From the human T2T-CHM13v2.0 reference genome, Homo sapiens, in assembly GCF_009914755.1 (NCBI RefSeq), contig NC_060948.1: a stretch of DNA of 64,000 nt; one strand, 5' to 3'. Position 1 is the first letter of the stretch; each line of letters opens with the position of its first letter. The notes beneath the pieces are model-generated. The model saw only the letters and a program-made list of their open reading frames with translations. It had not been told where the DNA came from and searched no databases. Of the stretch, positions 61,130 through 64,000 are shown in pieces. The position numbers and the translations under genes are program-made.

Positions 61130-62940
61130 TTTTACAATTTTTATTTTAAATTAACAAATGTAAATATTTATGGGACACAAACTGATTTTATAATGCATGT
61201 ATATGTTGCAAAAGAATTAAATTGGGCTAGTTACCATATCTATCACCTCACATACTTACCATTTCTTTCTTGTGGTAAGAATATATAAATTCTACTTTTT
61301 AAACAACCTATTTGTCTGAGATAGAATTCAACCTCTGTCTCCCGAGTTGAAGTTTTTCTCTTGCTCAGCTACTCGAGTAGCTGGGATGACATACGCATGC
61401 CACCAAACCTGGCTAATTCTTGTATGTTCAGTAGAGACAGTGTTTCCTCATTTTGGCCAGGATGGTCTCGAACTCCTGACCTCTAGTGATCCTCCCACCA
61501 TAGGCGTTCAAAGTGCCTGGATTTCAGACATGAGCCAACATGCCTGCCCTTTTCTTTATTAAGCAACTTTGAAGTTGACTTATTAACTGTGGTCACCATT
61601 CTGTGCAGTGGATCTCCAGAACTCCTTCCTTTCTCACTGAAATATTTTACCCTTTGATGAACATCTCCCCTTTCTCTATCCACTCCTATCACCACCCCTC
61701 ACTCCAATCTCGGACTCTTTTTTTCCGTGTTTGTTTAGAGTCAGGGCCGTGCTGCATTGCCAAGGCTGGAGTACAGTGGCACAAGTATGGCTCACTGGGT
61801 CCTCAAACTTCTGACCCCAAGTGATCCAACCATCTCATCCTCCTAAGATGCTGGAGTTACAGGCATGAGCCACCATATCTGACATATTCACTGTTTGAAT
61901 GAGTTCAACTTTTTTATATATAATTGTGATCACCCTATACTTGTCTTTCTGTGCCTCTCTTATTACACTGAGCATAATATCTTCCATTTCCATTCACTTG
62001 GTCACAAATAAGTAACAGGACTTCCTCCTGTTTTTAAGGCTGTGTAGTATATCTCATTGTATATATGTGCCACACTTTATCTGTCGATCTGTTGATGAGC
62101 CCTTGGGTTGTTACTGTATCTTGGCTATTATGAATAACGCTGAGATGAATATAGGACTGCAGCTATCTCTTTGACATGCTAATTTTATATGCTTTGAGCA
62201 CATATTTTGAAGTAGAGTAGCTGGATCATGTGGTAATTCTATGTTTAATTTAACTTTATTTTTGAAACCTCAATTCTATGACCCCAAAAGCACAGGCTAC
62301 AAAAGCACAACAAAAAACAATTGGATCATATTACATCAAACTGAAATGTTTCTGCACTGCAAAGGGAAAAGGGAAACAAATAGATTGAAGAGACAACTAA
62401 AACACTTGGAGAAAATATCTGCAAACCACATACATGATAAAAGGTGAATAATAAATACATACAAGGAACTCAAGCCACTTAACAACAACAACAACAAAAA
62501 TTAAGCCTATGAAATATGGACAGAGGACCTGAATTTACATTTCTCAAAAGAAGACATACAACTAGCAAACAACTCTAAATTAAATATTGATTAATTGATT
62601 GATTTGAGATGGATTCTCACTCTGTCATCCAGGCTGGAGTGCAGTGATGTGATCTCAGCTCACTGAATCTCCACCCACTGGTTTCCAGCAATTCTGCCTC
62701 AGCCTCCCTAGTAGCTGGGATTATAGGTGTGTGCTACTTCACCCGGCTAATTTCTGAACAACTGCATGTTTAAAGATGCTCAACACCACCATCAGGGAAA
62801 TGCAAATTGAAACCAACAATGAGACCTGCTTTCACACATGTTGGAATGGCCATTACTATCAAGATGAAAAACGACAAGTGTTTTTGAGAATGTAGGGCAC
62901 AGAGAATGCTTGTGCACTATTGGTAGGAATGTAAATTAAT
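61130..62940. mobile_element. Old L1MA/MB-type 3' fragments with nested antisense Alu pieces (~61315-61548, ~61716-61882, ~62600-62755)
   Basis: L1 3'-end motifs antisense to ~62260 and sense after it (CATTTCTCAAAAGAAGACATACAA; GGAAATGCAAATTGAAACC); Alu motifs within. Confidence 0.72.
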
Positions 62941-63486
62941 ATATTACGTTATTAACCTGATGATTTATTTTTAAGAGAACAGGTTTTGTGCTTTAAGATG
63001 CATTAATATGAGTGGTTTTCTGTTAGTCAGTTTAATGAGAAACACTTTGGTTACCTTAAATTAATATAAGTAGGAGCATGCTCATAAGACTTCTCTTTCA
63101 GGTTCTCCTTAAGTACAGAATGAAAACTATGGTAAGTACTCTTTCTGAAAAGAAAATATTCGCTGATAATGTATATGCTAGATTACAAACACTTGTTAAA
63201 TTAAAGGCACATGTTCCAAAAGTGTACCAGGTGAAAAATGCATTATGGGTTTTTTTTCTGCCCAGATTTTGGACCCAGAGGGATTTTTGATTTTGTTTTG
63301 TTTTGTTTAAAAATTTGTACAATTATATTGAAGAAAATAAAAATTGCTAATGCATAGTAACAGGAGAAAAATCAATTTTATTAGAAACTACTTCCAAGAC
63401 TTTGCTGTTTATATTTTTATGAGTATCTTTATAAAGTCATATCCAGCCTCTTTACTCTTTGTTCTGTGAAAGTATATATGTATATT

Positions 63487-64000
<514 letters not shown>

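Overview
Human-type Y-chromosome ampliconic DNA; the context is consistent with an arm of the HSFY-bearing palindrome P4 in AZFb. There is one intact gene: the two-exon HSFY on the minus strand (CDS 26083-25571 + 25092-24400, 401 aa). Around it is a mosaic of decayed gene pieces: unprocessed OFD1 3' exons (+), USP9Y catalytic-domain exons (-), a processed ELOC/TCEB1 copy (+), the last PRY exon (-) and an XKRY/XKR3-like exon (-) running off the right edge. Most of the rest is transposon-derived: an ERV3-like provirus (pro-pol-env-3'LTR), an internally deleted HERV-K(HML-3)/MER9 provirus, solo LTRs (LTR22, MER50, MER52-like, MER4-like, MST), a near-full-length old L1PA, a young inverted L1, many Alus, and a ~2.7 kb degenerate (CCCTAA)n-like array. 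I see no convincing new biological system. The best leads are APOBEC3-like G-to-A hypermutation of the ERV3-like provirus, an HSFY uORF ending 1 nt before the main ATG together with X-box and CRE-like promoter motifs, a twin-primed L1 with a 3' transduction, and the telomere-like array. Family and gene names come from recalled sequences, not database searches, and repeat boundaries are approximate unless a TSD is given.
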